Source: a virus (lineage: Duplodnaviria; Caudoviricetes). From it: 36,057 bases of DNA. This document shows positions 33,116-36,057 of this stretch, piece after piece; positions within the stretch are counted from its first letter, which is position 1; each line of letters starts with the position of its first letter. The translations under genes and the position numbers were made by a program. Below the pieces are notes generated by a model. It worked only from the letters and a program-made list of their open reading frames with translations, ran no database searches and was not told the origin of the DNA. The stretch spans positions 1 through 36,057 of the IMG/VR virus record IMGVR_UViG_3300012971_000043. One strand, 5' to 3'.

Positions 33116-34903
33116 GTGAACGCGACACTCAACGGTCACGCGAAGCGCTTCCCGAACGGCGTGCTGCTCGGTCCCGACGGCAAGATGATCAATGCGCGCA
33201 CGTTTTTCGATCCGAAGAATCAGTTCTTGAGCTACGGTTCGAGCGGCTACGCGCACTATGGCGCGAACTTGACGAAGAACTCTCTCGCAGGCTGGCTCTG
33301 GCGCGGCGGCGACGCCGACAAAGACATCGGTCTCAACGTGCAAGTGCTGCGCGAGCGATCGCGCGACGCGTTCATGGGAATTCCGCTTGCTGCAGCTGCG
33401 ATCGAGTGTCTCGACACGAACGTCATAGGCGAAGGACTTTTCCCGGCGCCGAATGTCGACGGCGATGTGCTCGGTCTCGACGAGCAAGAAACGTCAGACT
33501 TGAACAAAGAACTCGCTGACAAATTCAACTGGTGGGCGAACGATCCGCGCGAATGCGACTTCGAATCGAAACATTCTTTCTACACGCAGATGCACGTCGC
33601 GTTTCAATCGATGCTGCTCTCTGGCGACTGCCCTGTGCTCTTTCCGCTGAAGGCGCGACCGCTCACGATGTTCGAGCTGAAGCTGCGCGTGCTTGAAGCT
33701 GATCGCGTGATGAACCCGTCAGTCGCAGAAGTCGCGCCGAGTGTCGGGCTGAATCTTTTCAGCGGCGTCGAGCTGAACGCTGAAGGCGAGCTTGTCGCGT
33801 ATCACATCAGCGATCGACACCCGCTTGCGAGCGCGCGCGCTGTGTTTCCGACAGCGCCGAAGTCGTTTCGCATCACGCCATTTGGCGACGCGAGCGGTCG
33901 ACGCAACATGGTGATGCTGATCAAGCCTGAGCGACCTGAGCAGCGCAGAGGCGTCCCGATCTTGGCAGTCTGTCTTGAGCTGCTGAAGCAGCACGGTCGT
34001 TTCATCGACAGCACAGTCGTCGCTGCTGTGATTCAAAGCTACTTCACGGCGTTCATCACGAGCGAATTTCCTGATCCGAATATTTTCGATTCGCTGCTCA
34101 CTGACGAGCAGAAGCAAGAGATCATGAATTTGAACCCATACAACGTTCAGCTCGGGCCGGGAATTGTTAATTTCATGCGCCCGGGTCACGCGGTGAACTT
34201 TGCGCACCCGACGCAGCCGCAGTCTGTGTTTGGCGAGTTCACGATCTCAGTCGCGAAATTCATCGGTGCAGCGCTGGGGATTCCCTACGAAGTGCTCTTG
34301 AAACAGTTCAACGCGAGCTATTCGGCAAGCCGCGCAGCGCTGCTCGATTTTTGGAAGCGCGTGCGCAAATATCGCGCGCAGATGATCGATCAATTCTGTC
34401 AGCCCGTCTACGAAGAATGGCTCGCAGACGCGATCGCACTTGGTCGCATCGAGAAGTTCAAGGGCGGCTTTGACGATCCGCTGATTCGTCACGCGATGCT
34501 CGGCTGCATCTGGACCGGCGCGAGCGCTGGCAGCCTCGACCCGCAGAAGGAAGTGATCGCAGCTGACATGAAAGTGAAGTGCGGTTTCTCGACGACTGAA
34601 CGCGAGAGCGCAGAGCTGAACGGCTCGAACTATCGCGACAACATCCGTCAGCAATCAATCGAGCAGCAAGAGTTCAGTGAAGCTGAGCTGATCTTTCCGC
34701 CTTATCGACCGACGCAGATCGGCGGAACGTTCTTGGGCGGGGCTGGTGGCGAACCTGCGAAGCCTGAACCTGCACCAGCTGCGCCGCCCAAGACTGCACC
34801 GCCTGCAGCGCCGCCAGCGCCGAAAAAAGCAGCGCGCACACGCAGCAAAACAAAGAACAGAGTCGCTCTTGCGAGCGGCTTGAGCGGGAGGTTCGAACGA
34901 TGA
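33116..34903 (+). CDS. Portal protein, lambda family
   Basis: LRERSRD, NVIGEG, LRVLEADR, GVE, ERPEQRRGVP, YSASRAALL, LDPQKE; Pro/Ala-rich tail. Confidence 0.95.
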   Translation: MNATLNGHAKRFPNGVLLGPDGKMINARTFFDPKNQFLSYGSSGYAHYGANLTKNSLAGWLWRGGDADKDIGLNVQVLRERSRDAFMGIPLAAAAIECLDTNVIGEGLFPAPNVDGDVLGLDEQETSDLNKELADKFNWWANDPRECDFESKHSFYTQMHVAFQSMLLSGDCPVLFPLKARPLTMFELKLRVLEADRVMNPSVAEVAPSVGLNLFSGVELNAEGELVAYHISDRHPLASARAVFPTAPKSFRITPFGDASGRRNMVMLIKPERPEQRRGVPILAVCLELLKQHGRFIDSTVVAAVIQSYFTAFITSEFPDPNIFDSLLTDEQKQEIMNLNPYNVQLGPGIVNFMRPGHAVNFAHPTQPQSVFGEFTISVAKFIGAALGIPYEVLLKQFNASYSASRAALLDFWKRVRKYRAQMIDQFCQPVYEEWLADAIALGRIEKFKGGFDDPLIRHAMLGCIWTGASAGSLDPQKEVIAADMKVKCGFSTTERESAELNGSNYRDNIRQQSIEQQEFSEAELIFPPYRPTQIGGTFLGGAGGEPAKPEPAPAAPPKTAPPAAPPAPKKAARTRSKTKNRVALASGLSGRFER

Positions 34904-36000
34904 ACGAGTTCTGGAGATTCACGAATGACGCGGGCGATGAGCCTGAAAGCGCGCAGCTCGACATCTATGACGTCATCGGCAACTGGGAGGAGATCGGTGA
35001 GATCAGCGCGAAAGCGTTCGCGCGCGACCTCGCGAAGCTGCCGTCGAGCGTGAAGCGTCTCGACATTCACATCAATTCGCCCGGCGGTTCAGTGTTCGAC
35101 GCTCAAGGCATCTACTCGCGACTCGCAGATCATCGCGCACAAAAGCACGTCTACATCGACGGACTTGCAGCGAGCGCAGCGTCGATCGTCGCGATGGTCG
35201 GTCACAAGGTCTTCATTCGCGCGAACGCGAACATGATGATCCATCTGCCGAGCGCGATGACGATGGGCGACAAGAACACGCATGAGAAAGCGCGTCGCGC
35301 GCTGCAGTCGATTGAAGATTCGATGATCAACACCTACACGAAAAAGACTGCGCTCAGTCGTGACGAGATCGCTTCGATGCTCGCAGACGAGACGTGGCTC
35401 AACGCAGAGCAGGCTGTCGAGAAAGGATTCGCTGATGAAGTGCGCGGCGTGATCAAGGCAGCTGCGTCATTCGATCTTTCGCAGTTCAAGTTCAAAAATG
35501 TCCCGGCGTTCACCGCCACCAAAACAACAAAGGAAGAACCCATGAGCAAAGCAAACATCAAAGCAACGGCGGCAGAGGAGACGCCGCCGGCAAAAGACGA
35601 ACCGAAAAAGGAAGAGACTCCGCCCGCGACAGAGCAGGAGCCGAAGAAAGACGAGCAGCCACCGAAGACAGGTGACGCTGCGACTGACGCAGCTGCGAAC
35701 GCAGTGAAACAAGAGCGCGCACGCGTCGCAGCGCTGCTCGAACTCGATCGCCCTGCAACGCATGACATCGTGCAGGCAGCGATCAAAGACGGCAAGCAGG
35801 TCGCTGACGTCATCAAGGACGTCATGTCGGCGATGGACAAGGCGAGCACGCAGAACGCTCGACGCGCTGATGCGTCGCAGCTCGACGGAATCCCTGCATC
35901 GCAAGATGACAGTGACGGCAAGAAAGAGTTTGGCGCGAAAATCAAAGAGAAAGTGCAGGCGCGCATGAAGCGCGGCAACGTTCGCGTCACGCGCAGCTGA
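34900..36000 (+). CDS. ClpP-like head maturation protease with C-terminal scaffold region
   Basis: HINSPGGSV, IDGLAASAAS (Ser), MMIH (His), ETWLNAEQAVEKGFAD. Confidence 0.92.
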   Translation: MNEFWRFTNDAGDEPESAQLDIYDVIGNWEEIGEISAKAFARDLAKLPSSVKRLDIHINSPGGSVFDAQGIYSRLADHRAQKHVYIDGLAASAASIVAMVGHKVFIRANANMMIHLPSAMTMGDKNTHEKARRALQSIEDSMINTYTKKTALSRDEIASMLADETWLNAEQAVEKGFADEVRGVIKAAASFDLSQFKFKNVPAFTATKTTKEEPMSKANIKATAAEETPPAKDEPKKEETPPATEQEPKKDEQPPKTGDAATDAAANAVKQERARVAALLELDRPATHDIVQAAIKDGKQVADVIKDVMSAMDKASTQNARRADASQLDGIPASQDDSDGKKEFGAKIKEKVQARMKRGNVRVTRS

Positions 36001-36035
36001 CAACAATCAAATCGAAGAAAGGAACAACAAGCAAT

Positions 36036-36057
36036 ATGGCAATCAAAGATTCAGTCA
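36036..36057 (+). CDS. Start of the next head gene (truncated; head decoration or capsid by synteny)
   Basis: AAAGGAA RBS followed by ATG GCA ATC AAA GAT TCA GTC. Confidence 0.5.

Overview
The whole window looks like part of a dsDNA tailed-phage (or prophage) genome with a lambda-type head module. No integrase, lysis gene, tRNA, rRNA or CRISPR array is visible. Layout: (i) 1-5862, minus strand: two tandem methyltransferase-like genes, Bet/RecT recombinase, DUF3102/HTH protein, a Topo VI-A-like WHD-TOPRIM protein and a ribbon-helix-helix (RHH) regulator. (ii) 5913-15062, plus strand: PD-(D/E)XK nucleases, a two-domain 2OG-Fe(II) hydroxylase, a stand-alone Fis-type HTH, a DnaB-N/AAA_25/HTH helicase preceded by a structured RNA leader and followed by an iteron-like repeat cluster, then small membrane and coiled-coil genes. 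(iii) 15111-28860, minus strand: about 35 mostly small accessory genes (GHKL ATPase-zincin fusion, DUF6011, DUF932, HNH-like, Zn fingers), punctuated by a repeated promoter that appears to yield leaderless mRNAs. (iv) 28958-end, plus strand: small basic proteins, a lambda cos-like 12-mer, terminase subunits, gpW-like protein, portal, and ClpP head protease with nested scaffold. The most unusual signals are strong CC/GG dinucleotide avoidance alongside candidate DNA-modification enzymes, a C4/CI-like antisense-type RNA in the helicase leader, the leaderless promoter/operator cassette family, and a possible split type IIB topoisomerase-like pair. Family assignments come from motif recognition by eye, not database searches.
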